NCBI GenBank assembly: GCA_964247055.1
Contig: OZ176057.1
Span: forward strand, 2,480,001 to 2,544,000
Direction: 5' to 3'
DNA length: 64,000 nt
From: Paragordius varius
Taxonomy: Eukaryota > Animalia > Nematomorpha
A program made the translations under genes and the position numbers. How positions within the stretch are numbered: the first letter of the stretch is position 1; every line of letters starts with the position of its first letter. Positions 43,548 to 55,900 of the stretch are shown here, one piece after another. The notes under the pieces are model-generated. The model saw only the letters and a list, made by a program, of their open reading frames with translations, searched no databases and was not told the origin of the DNA.

Positions 43548-45416
43548 ATGCGTAGCATTATAATACTTTTTTTGATTACTATCGTACATTTGGTGGCTTC
43601 AAGAACAGCTAACTTAGCTCCATCCCAACAAACAACCGAAAATCAATTAACGGTAAAAACAAATTTTTAAGCCCTCTATAATAATATAAAAATACGGATA
43701 ATACTAATGCATATATATATATATATCATATTAAATTACGTAAACATTATAAACTAATAATGTGAACTTTTTAAATAAGTTTGAATACGTTGAAAATATT
43801 ATATTATTGTCAAAAATATATAAATTATAACAAAATAGGATGCAATAATATATAGGGGTGATTGATCTTATTCACTATCAAAAAAATTTAAACACTATAT
43901 AAGGTATCAATCACATTTCCTTATAATTCATTGCATTTTTTTAACTTAAAATATTTATGCATTATTCACACATAATTTAAATTAAATTACCAATATACCA
44001 ATATATATATAAATATATTTTTTAGGTAACTATCGAACAATATAAATGCCCACGTTACAATGTTAATATAGCAAATTGTGCTCCGTGCGATCTCAGTTCC
44101 TGTGGCTGGGACAATCAAGTCATGAATGTCCTTTGCATACCCTATGTTTGTAGGGGCCAATGTAAGGCAATTATCATAAATCAAGATACGAATGCTACAT
44201 TGCAATGTGGTACGATATCGCTTAAAAATGCCAAAATTATTCAAAATGTGCTACAGGTATATAAAATAAGTTGACATTGCTAAATATTGTAAGCTAACAG
44301 CAATATATTATACAGCACAGAGCATTATTATTGCGGAATAGTAGTAAAAAGTTAACATTGACTTTTGCTGAATATGTCATCTGACAAAAATTTATGCACT
44401 TAGTGTGAAAATAGGGCTCCTAACAAATAGCGTTAAAGATTTTTTTGGTTTCAAAACAGACGGTTGTTTACTATAAGCTCTCGGGTAGAAAACTACCCCA
44501 AAATGTCACCGGGTACAAAAATAAAATGAAAAACTAACAATTTTTATATATAAATATATACTCATAGTATATTTTCAACGTTTAATAAATATCAGTAATA
44601 AATGTTTTGTTTGTTTTTTTTAAGTCGAAATAACATTCATACAATTTTATGTCAATACAACAATCAAATTTATTTAAGCTTAATTTTACTTATATTACGA
44701 TTAAACTTGGTCAAATAAAACAATGGATTTAAAATCAAAAAATATGTTTTTAGGATATATTATAGTCTTATTTTGTGAGAATATGTTTAAATTATTTTTT
44801 ACTTTTTAGAGTCTCCCTCCGAAAACTACACCAACTCCGGTTTTTACCCCCAAAAATGTAAGCTTTATTGCAAATATTTGCAATAATTAAACTTTTAGTC
44901 TCATCAAAAACATTTCAACTTTTATTTAATTTAGATTTGCGTTAATACAATAATATAGAATGCACTCTTTTTGGCCATTTGGTCATACAGTAGTGCATGA
45001 GTAAATACAACAGAATGTTGAAATTAAACAATTTTTCCAATCTTTGATACAAAATTTGTTTTATTCCATACGTTATTGTATTACCATTTGACCAACAATT
45101 AATAAGCATACTGTATTTATCCCTCTGAAAAAACTTTTATATCAACTTTTCTTTTCTTTAGTTTAATGAAACAGATCGCCTATCTTGCCCTCGACCATTT
45201 AGAGGAGTAGGACCAACCATACCTGAAAACTGTAATCCGTGTGCCTACAAAACTTGTACAACGCAATACTACAGTCAGGTTTTTTGTTCCCCTTACTATT
45301 GTGATGATGGGTTAGGTTGTCGCGCTATGCATGAGGATGACAAAGCCAATATCATACAATGTAATCAATACTCTTTGACTGATCAACAGATTTTGAGCAT
45401 TGGTGGAGGGCAATAA
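43548..45416 (+). CDS. Predicted secreted protein, about 212 aa: signal peptide + two homologous 8-Cys modules joined by a Pro/Thr-rich linker; family not recognised
   Basis: Exons 43548-43652 (MRSIIILFLITIVHLVASRTANL...), 44026-44256 (KCPRYNVNIANCAPCDLSSCGWDNQVMNVLCIPYVCRGQCKAIIINQDTNATLQC), 44810-44857 (SLPPKTTPTPVFTPKN), 45162-45416 (SCPRPFRGVGPTIPENCNPCAYKTCTTQYYSQVFCSPYYCDDGLGCRAMHEDDKANIIQC...TAA). All introns are phase 0 with GT..AG. Confidence 0.85.
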
Positions 45417-48400
45417 AAAGAACAAACTATTTTCAAATTGCACCCATTTTCTAATGTTAATATCAAATTTTAATCAATTAATTAATAATAATAAATGAGT
45501 CTGCATCATTATATTGTTACCTTGTGTATTTCATGTCATTTTGATATATAATTATTTACACTTAAAAAAATTTGCAAATGTGATTGATCTATTACAAAAA
45601 ACAATGGTAACTTTTCACATTTTTATTCTCTCTATAGCGAAAGTGTGTAGCGTTTAAAACTGCATATCCACATATATACCTAATATTTAAGAGATTACAT
45701 TTTTATTATTTTTTTGGATGTGTATATCTTTATAAAGCACCCTTGTTTTTATATATAGCGAGCACTATCCCATTTTGCATTTTTTGTTACTTAATGGCAT
45801 GGAAAGGCCAAAACAAAAATGAGGCACCCAATATTAAAAAATTAAAAAAATTTAATTTTTAAATTTGTATTTAATTTAAAAAAATTATTCCTTATTAGGG
45901 TTAATCAATACGAGGGGTATCCCATAGCCGGATTATTATTTTAAAACGAAAATGCAAAAATGATCCAAATATACCAGCTTCAGTATACGATACCACAGAA
46001 CATTTTTTATTAATTAGCGATGGTCTATATAATAAAAGTTTATCTTAAAATACCGTCGATAACATGAAAATAAAGTGCCCAAATTCGCTGCTGAAGTTTT
46101 GTTATCTCTTTTGCACGAGACAGGCTTATCGAGCGTGCCTGTTACTCTACATAGAAATCAATATACAATATATACAAATTCAATTTATTGAATATATTTA
46201 TATAAATTCTGTGCATCAAATGAAAGAGAATACGAAAATTTATAGAATTAAAATAAATTAAAGGCTTAAGCCATAGTGTTAAAAATCAAAAATATTAAAA
46301 ATCTAAAAGGGCTATCCTCCTATAATTAGTAGGAGAGACCTGCATAGAATATAAAGTAGTTAAATTCAAAAAATCCAGCGAAAAATTACCAATTCTCAGA
46401 TTAAACTTGACATATTCGACCATTAAATCGAATAAGAAGATTAGATAAGTACAAATGGTCCTATTGTACTTTATAACAGTATGGTAAGATATCCATCCCC
46501 CAATTAGTACTGGCCACCATTTATCTGATATTCAAAATATATGGTATCCAATGATTTTGAAAATAAATAATATCACTAGGTATAATTAACAGATCAACCG
46601 AACAGTACCCTAATAGGTACTAAAAATAACCAAAACTAACAAAATAAATATAGCCCATATGAAAGCCGAAGGTTAAAACTAAAAAATGTCTCTATTATTT
46701 TTTTTAATATAAATTTATTCGTGTTTAAAATTACCTTTACACCAAATTTTAACATTTAAGCCTGTACTATTCCTGATATTTAAATGACATATTTAAATTC
46801 AAAAAACCGACCTTAAAACACTTTATTTGGTGATATTAATTTTATAATATAATAACTTTTTATTCAAAACTTTTGATTTTCGATCGATTTTCTCTTGCTC
46901 TTAAAAATTTAAAAATCTGTTGTATCTCAAAATTCTGATTGGGGGATTAAAACTTTTTTCAAATTTGGTTTTAGAACACTAAATTTTAAAATTTGAGTGG
47001 TGGTGCTCGAAAAAGTCCAAATTTGTCGACTAAAGATATGCTTCAGATCTGTCGAGATTTTGCCATTTATTTTTATAAAAGAATGTTATATTCAAAATTA
47101 TCCAACAAATTTACGGTATGATTCTTACGCAAGCAAATACAAATATGGGTAGGTTTTGGAAGTTTTGCAATATGATGATAGCTGCAACCGTTTATCTGAG
47201 TTTTTAACAATGTACCACACAATTTAAAATTTAACCAAATTGTATATCCTTATAAAATAAGTTATTAAAGCTGGATATATGTTTTTCAATTTTCTGGATA
47301 TTTTACTAGTTTAAACACTAAATTAATGATCCATCAATCAATGACCAACTCACTTTTATTAGACATTTATTTTCCAATATGAATGTGACTTATTTTGTCA
47401 ACACCCAAGTATTTACGATACCTTTAGGAGCATGGATTCGAAATCAAGTAAGTAACATAAGTTTTTGAGTTACATATGTGGTTTATTTAAGCTTTTATTA
47501 ATACAATTGATCCTTCTTATGTGTTTGAAAACGCTTCGGCGTGCTTTATTTTTGCCGATTATTTTATTTGTTGAATTTGAGGAACTTGATATTAAATTCC
47601 TTATGATATAGGTAATACCTATGAGTTAACTAGCTAAAAAGAAAATTTAATTAATATATTATTTTATGAGGCAACATTTTAACCATGCTGTTTGTAACTA
47701 TGGGCCAATCCCCAAATACATTTTTCACAAATTAGGCAATCAGAGTATATTGTTGATTACAAAAACTAAAATGATTACAGGGTATTTCCAATGGTACAGC
47801 TAAAAATTAAACTAAGAAAGGTTGGTTATTATTCAGAGTTTTAGACTTTATTTAATTTTCCAATTTTATTACTTTGGGAGGATGGATTGATTGAGCGTCA
47901 AAAAAAGCATATGACTTAATATCATTTGCATTAATTTTCTTACCCATCCGAAATTTAAAATATGCCCGAAACTGTATAAAAGCCATATTATTAAAAATGT
48001 AACTTAAAAACTTAATAAATAATTGAATCTTACCGGTCAAAACATAATTTTGAATGTTTTCTCATAATTTAAATTATTTTATGGGGATATATGTGTTTTC
48101 TAGAATGGTCAATCAGTAGTACTGAGAATCAGGAGTTTTGCTATCAATTCGACTTTTTATGAAGCTATACAGTCGGATGTATATTTTAATACCAAGCCTG
48201 CCAAAACCTCCATGCTATTATTAAAGCACTTAATTTAGCGGATCATTGCTATATCTGTGAACATAATTCTAAAATTTTTTACAACAATTTTATATATTAA
48301 GACATGATAGTTTTGGATTTTATGGCAATGCAGTGGAAACAATTATTAAAACTACTATAATATACACTTTTTATAATGTTTAATTTATTTTTTTAAGAGA

Positions 48401-49225
48401 TTTTCTCTACTCAAGACATTAAAACTATTCTCTTGTAGCTGAATCTCGTATATATGATTTTTATAGCTAACAAAGGAAATAATATAATTATTATCCTAAG
48501 GAAATGTATACCATCATCTTATGAACTTATATAAAAATATGGTTATGATGGCGATATAAAATAGTTAAAATTGTAAAGGAATCATACCCTCCATGTCAGA
48601 AGTCAGCAATCATTTTTGGGGCAAGCCGTTTTAAAAATAGAAAATGCTAGGCGAGCCCTGTGCTTAAAAATATAATTTAAATAGAACTCTAGGTCAATAT
48701 AATAGTATATTAATAAATGAAAAAAATTTATTCTTAACATCACATCCTACATAATAATAATAATTTGACTAGATCATACAATTTTGTACTCCTTTTTAAA
48801 AAACCTATATGAATTATAATTTTCTATAATATTTATTTAAATTCGAAGTGTTTTCTGTTCTTGAATATTCTTTGATAATTCATTAAAATCTGGTTGTGTT
48901 TTCCATACTGATACTGTCAACAAGTTTTGCATTTTCTTCATAGATAATATAATAATAAACTGAAAATTAAGATTTATAATAGAGAAACATGGTTGTTAAA
49001 TTAAGCATGTTTATGTGCATACATATGATACATAAAAGTATCTGGTGAAATGAATAAATGCTAAATTTTCTGAAAAAGTTGTCATTATTTAAAGGCCGCG
49101 TTTTGGCTGGCTTACGGTTAAACAAAATTAATGCGGAGTCATATAAAAACACACAGCGGGCCAAGTTTGGCTCGCAAGCCCTAAATTGCCATCTCTGCTC
49201 TATGTTATAGTAAAGCAATGGTATT

Positions 49226-49430
49226 CAGAGACGTAGCTAGAGAGGGGATTTCAAAAAATAGGTATTTAAAAGTTATATTTTTTTAAATAATACATAAAAA
49301 ATCACCCATTTATTTGTAGTCATGACCTAGGTTTGGATTTACATATTTTAAAATTCAAGTAGTTGGATGAAGGTCATGGGGCGCTATCACGATTTTCTGG
49401 ACCGGGGGCCAGAAATGCAAGCTACGCCTA
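49226..49430. mobile_element. Possible Harbinger/PIF-type MITE remnant
   Basis: agagacgtagctag..gggg at the left and gctacgccta at the right, with a GC-rich interior in an AT-rich context. Confidence 0.35.
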
Positions 49431-49969
49431 GGGGCTTTCAACTAAGCATTTTGAGAGATCAAAAATATTTTTCGCCATATTACCTATGCAAAATTGCATT
49501 GCTGTTCGCATAAATTTCCAATTTAAATATGTTCGTTAATTAATTTATTAAATAATTCAGGGCTATAAAAGTCTATTTATCATTGGTTTAAAAACTTTAA
49601 AATGCAGCAAACAGCCGTTTATAAAAACGATAAAATTTTTTATGAGTATAAGACATAAAAAAAGGATTTTATGATTGGTTGGGAATTAACAACAGTAACT
49701 GCAGATCAATTATAAAGTTAAAAGCTTAAATCCCCAAGGGTGTCTAAAACAAATGGTTTCACGGGCATTTGTAAAATATATGAGCATTAACATATATTTT
49801 AATAGATTTCATACATAAAACTGTAAAAACTACTAATAATTTTAGCATGCTAGTCTTTGTTAAAATTCGGGAATATATTTATTCAAGAAATTTGTTTATA
49901 AAATTAATTTTGGTTTGAATTCGTAAAATACTGTATTAAAATTTTACCCGGGCTGCAAAAATTAATCAG

Positions 49970-52963
49970 AGGAAGTGTGTTGGACACCACTGGTGGCTCA
50001 AATATTGGTGAATATTCCTTTCTAGAAATTGGTAAGGTCATAAATAAGCATTTCAAACAGTTTTAAAATTTCAGCTTGGATTAATTTTCGATCGAATTTA
50101 TGGGCAGTATAAAACCTTACTTATATACATACACGCTCCTAAAATTCAATGTATTTCAATCCACAAATCCACAACACATGGCTGTCTTTGACATAATTAA
50201 TTTTAATTATATATATACAAATATTTTTCTAAAATTTAATTTGTGCATACATAAAAAGTGTGTGAGTGACATTTTTAGCCTAATTACCCGAAAACAAAAC
50301 AACGATAAAAATCATTAATTTTTTATAAAAAGCTATTTTGATGACATAAATCACTATAATTTTACCGAAAAATACCGCGTAAAAAACAATTTGCAAGAGA
50401 CTACTATCCTAGTTGATTTTAAGGGAATTTGCCTTATAAATCTAAACAAAATAGGAATGTCATAAAAAGATTACCATGTTATGTCATTTTATTATACTAT
50501 AAATCTTTTTTTCAAATACAGGACATTTGAAAAATTAAAGTTTTTTCAAATGTACGTAAAAAAACGACGAAAATTAATGAGCTTAGTATTTAACACATTA
50601 GCACCTCACCTACCTCTGGAAAATATTTTATAAATACAGTTTGAGATGTCTTGACATTTGTCTTTTAAAAATTAAAAAATAATATTTTTTTTATTTGCCA
50701 AATTTTATAAATATTGGTTTTCAATTAATATCTCATGTACATTTCTATCATTTATATATATATTCCAATGATTATTGGGGCCCGTCAAACATTAAAGGGT
50801 AAGCAAAAATCATCTGATTTTATATTACATGAATTTTAAAACTGATTCAAGGTTTATGTATAATTTTTTTCAAAAACAGGCCAACAAACATTTTAATTTT
50901 TAATATTTTATTAACTAAAATATAATTTCTTATATACATAGGACCAAAGTTGTATATAAAAATATCCCAATCATATCCATTAAATAATCCACACGGCGGT
51001 TTTTTCAATCATCTTTTCCCACATTCATTTTTCGCTAAGTCATCAAATTTGGTTCATTTAAAATGGGAGTTAGTATCACAAACAACATTTAAATATGGGC
51101 AGACTAAGACCGGAATTTATAGTGAATTCTTAAGGTTAATTACACGGTTCCCCAAAGGCGAATTCTTACTTGTGCACAATGCCAAGGATTCTAAAGATGC
51201 AGATCAATCCCATCTTTCAATAGCTCCTATTTCAAACGCCATTCAAGTTTTTGAAGTGCAAACAGGACAAATCAATCCAACACCTAATGTTGTTTTAAAC
51301 ATGTCAAAATCTGTAAATTTTGACGACACAATACCAAAATTAACTTATAGATCTGATTTAACTTTTGAAGCTAGACATCTTGAATGTTTCTACGAAGGCT
51401 ACATGATTTTCGCACAAAGTGATCAATATATTCCTGTGTCCGCAAACACGTGCGTCAATCGCAATAAGGATATGGATAATACCCTATTTTCAAGCCAAAA
51501 CCTTGTAAATATTATTTGCCTTCATTAGAAAGTGAAATTTTAAATTTTTGTAAACAAAATTGTGACACGTAAATACCTAAAGACAATTCCATGTTTTTTT
51601 AAGGAGATAACCAAATTTTTAAATCTTAATTTTTTTTAACTTATCGTTTTGGTTGGATAGCAAAATGGAGAGTAGAGACGTAAATTTTCCATATCAGAAT
51701 ATATTAAATAAATGATTATCACGAAAAAACAAATGAATATCCAAATGAAAAAAATGATTAGCACACGGTTAAAAAATCTCTAAAGACCCTTGATGAATGC
51801 TTTCTGATGTATCTACTTATACATTTAACATATTTCTTAACATGCGCTGATCATTTTTTTCATTTGGATATTCATTTGTTTTTTTTACTCATTTATTAAT
51901 CTTAATGTATTTTTAATTGTAATTATATAGTTAATGTAGAAAAAATCAATTCAAGTATGGTTGTTTGTTCCAAAAAATATTTGTCTTTTAATTTTTACAT
52001 TTTGTCCGGATAATTTAATATTTTACTGTCATTTAAGCAATTATATGAACAGTAAACTTTTATAATTGGAAAAAATATATAGTAGCTAAAATTAAAGATA
52101 TGTATATGATTTATTTTCTTTTACATGCACAAGATTATATTCCTAAACCATGAGGGTGTTTTATGGATCATTGAAAATTCCAACAGTACAAATTTTAAGC
52201 GCCAATTCCAAGACTTAAAGATGGAATCTAAAACAAAAAGCGATAGTCAACTAATGTTACTTTATCCGATTGGAAATGACTTATTCTTGTTTAATAAGAA
52301 AAGAATGGATAAATATAAAGCTTATTCCATATCAAATCATGCAATGTTAAAAAAGTGTCCAAAAAATTATAGCAATAACACAATCAATCGAGATAAGCGC
52401 GACACAGATGCCAGAAATATTCAAGATTTAAAGTTTATAGGAGAGGCTATGCTTCACGGAGGGCAGGAAGAAATAAATTATTATGAAAAAATAAGGCAAT
52501 TGGCAAATTTGCTTGACTACAAAACCACAAAACAGCTGATGAGTTGGGATTTAAATCCAAACAATGATACAGCAGTTGCTTCAAAACTGGATTTTACCCT
52601 TTTAGAGGGGAAAAATAAGCGGGCCAATAGTCTTTTTGCGAAACACGTGTCATCGCAACTTAATTCCTTTCACGAATACTTGGCCAAAGTTAGTTTCTAC
52701 TTGCTTTTGCGTCGGAATATTTTATGAACATAATTAAAACGTTTATATCTGCTATAAATTTTTAGATGATACGACACAGGAAAATGGAGAAATTGGTTGT
52801 CTTATCACGGCGATGTGGTGTCCGAAAAAGTAATATACAGTAAAAATTGAAATTATACGGACAACACGAAATTTTAAGAATATTTTTTAGAGACAAACAT
52901 AATTTTTATTAATTGATTTCTTGGATATAACTAATTTTCTAAAACTGCAAAGTATTAAAAAAG

Positions 52964-52996
<33 letters not shown>

Positions 52997-55900
52997 ATTT
53001 ATGTATATTGCAATTGTAATTTAATTATTTTTATAGAAATTAAGGTTTACAAATGTGTTATGGGCTTTAAAAAACTTTGTCTTTATATTTTTACGTTTTG
53101 CCCGTATAATTTCAATTCTTACGATAAAAATTCACCAATAGGCACAAGCTATATAATTTAAAAATTTTACACTTATATAAATCATAGATTATGGCCGTGA
53201 TCAGACTTAAATAAAACTATATATTTCAACATTTTAAAAAGACAAAAATTTTTTAATTTTTTACAACTTTATATTTGTCTATCCTTAAAATAACCCAAAT
53301 AATTTGTTTAAATTAGAGATCAAAAATTGCATTTATGTAATTTTTATATTAAATTCTTAAAACTTTACATTGAATCTATTGCGTTTAACGCTACATTTAT
53401 TTTTTCATATCTCTTGTGTAATTTTGAAATACGTATACTAAGATTCTATAAAAATAAGCCACCAATTATAAGTTAAAATCCCAATAAAACTTGAAATTAT
53501 ACGGACAAAACGTAAAAATATAAAGGCAAAATTTGTTAAAACACAACCATACTTTCTTAAACCTTAATCTATTTCATAAAAAATCAATAGCAATCGCAAA
53601 ATACATAATTGATTGAATTACCAATGTACATCTCTATTTACTTTGCAGTTTAAAACAATAATTTATTTTTAAAAAAATCAAGATATTAAAAATATAGTTA
53701 TCTTTAAATAAAAAATATTTGTCTTTATATTTTTACGTTTTGTCCGTACAATTTTAATTTTAGTGTGTTGGTTTAAAATTGGTCGTATACATAAAATTTA
53801 ACTTTTTGCTTTTTTCTGGTAAGCTTAATAGTACTCTTATGACTGTAATTAAATACTAGTAATCTAGTTTCCTATGCTTTAAAACAGTAGAACTCACCAA
53901 ATTTCAAAATAAATATTTTTCTTGGGCCGTGCAATATATATCGATAATTATTTTAAAGCTGTTTGACACATTTTTCTGATATACATACCCAAAATAAGTA
54001 CCTCACAATTATATAGATAATGTAGGGCCCTAAAAAGCCCTTTTAGACCGGTGATTTAAGTATAACACTATTTAGCGTTTATACTTTAATGTTAGGAATA
54101 CGCAATATTCCAAGAATACGCGGAGCTCAATTGAGAACATCCAGTCAAGCTGTAATTGAAACTGCCGTGTTCTTGGACTCACAAGCCATTTCTATGATCA
54201 AAAAAGCTCTGAGAACTCAATCGATGGGACTTTTGATGCGTTACGTTTTTGCCCTTTATCAAGGAGTATTGATCTAAAATTTATATAGAGACTCTAATTT
54301 TTCCCTGTATTCTTTAAATTAGAATTTAACTTAATTTATTTATTTATGAATAATATATTTAAAAATATGAGAAATTTAGATTTTGCTATATCGCACAATG
54401 CATGTAATATTTGTAGGCTAACCTATTGTATCAAGATCCAACACTTGGTCGATCCATTCAATTAGTGGTAACGCAACTTTTTTTAACGGGTCGGAGTATG
54501 GTATAATTATAATTATAGAAATTGAATATTTTCGCATTGCTAAAATAATGGGGATTTAATTAAAGAATCTTATTATTATGACTATTACAGGGTCTATTAC
54601 CAACAAATTTGTTTGACGGTGATTTACTTCTCGATAGAATTTTGACGCTTTCAGCTCGTATAAGAAGATCTAATCCACGACTTAGATGGGACCATTTCAC
54701 AGTTTTATCCGGGTAAGTGTGTGCTATCCAAACCATTTTGCGATGCAATCGAATTTCAACCTGAATTTTTTTATTTGAAACTTTTAAATGATTTGTTTTT
54801 CAATTAGTAAACTCTAGAACAGAGGTTTCTGTATCCATCGCAAATGGCTTCGTGGCCTGCATTTTTTGATCAAAAATACCCATAAACTGAATACGCAAAA
54901 CATATATAGCATTTAACAATTTTTTTTCTAAATTTTGGGCACAAGATTGTAAAAAACTTTAACCATTTTTTCAAGTTCCTGGCCGAAATTCGGAAAAACT
55001 TAATAGGAAATATTATTGTTCAAATTTTATTTAGATTACGTAAAATTTTGTTAAAATTTCTTGCGGGCTGCAGACCTTTAGTATAAAGTAATTATTTTGA
55101 TTAACAAAATAGTAAATGCTATTATTTAGTGGTAATGAATGATAAAATTTTTATTTATACGATTTAGAAACGTAATTTAAACGAACAGGTTGTGAAAATA
55201 AACTTAAGATTTGAAGTCCTTGTTTTACAGTATGAGTAAAAATACATGCTAGTATTATATTAAACAAATAAAATCTAATCGACTTGGCTCATAGCCAATA
55301 TAATTTTTTTATATAGTAAATTGCATAATATTATGAAATTATAAAATTGGCTACTTTAGATGCGATGTAAAAATTTATTAAACTCATTTTAACATATGTT
55401 AAGGTCACAGCTAAAATAAAAATAAGGTCAAAAAATTATGTTTGTTCAATGTTTCCCTTACTTTTTAATTTAGATGCTTATATAAGATATCTAGTTTAAT
55501 AAATACGTCTAAATATCTTTTGATTATGTTTAAAAAGGGGTAGGATTGGTTTTTTATATTATAAACAGGTCATAAGCAACCCTCTGATAGGCTTACTATT
55601 ATATAATATTTTCGATACATTTGGTTTTCCTTTGATTAGAAAGGATTTATTCAGTTTGGATGGTCGATCAAGAGATTTTTCCCTAATCGGTATGCTTATT
55701 TTTTATTACAACGCAAAAAATACTATTGTTAAATTAATATTTTGCAGTTTTATTTTAGCAAAAAAATCAAAATTGGGGTTAATCTAATTAGAAAAATAGG
55801 GCATATTTTTTTGTTTAATTAAAACTACATTTGATCCGTATCATGCAAACATTAGAGAAAATGTTTAAATAACCTAAAAAAACTAAAAGTATTAAGTGAG

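Noticed and set aside
49218-49261. Possible first exon of the ADAMTS-like gene (MVFRDVAREGISKN)
   Set aside because: It has no signal peptide and overlaps a putative MITE terminus.
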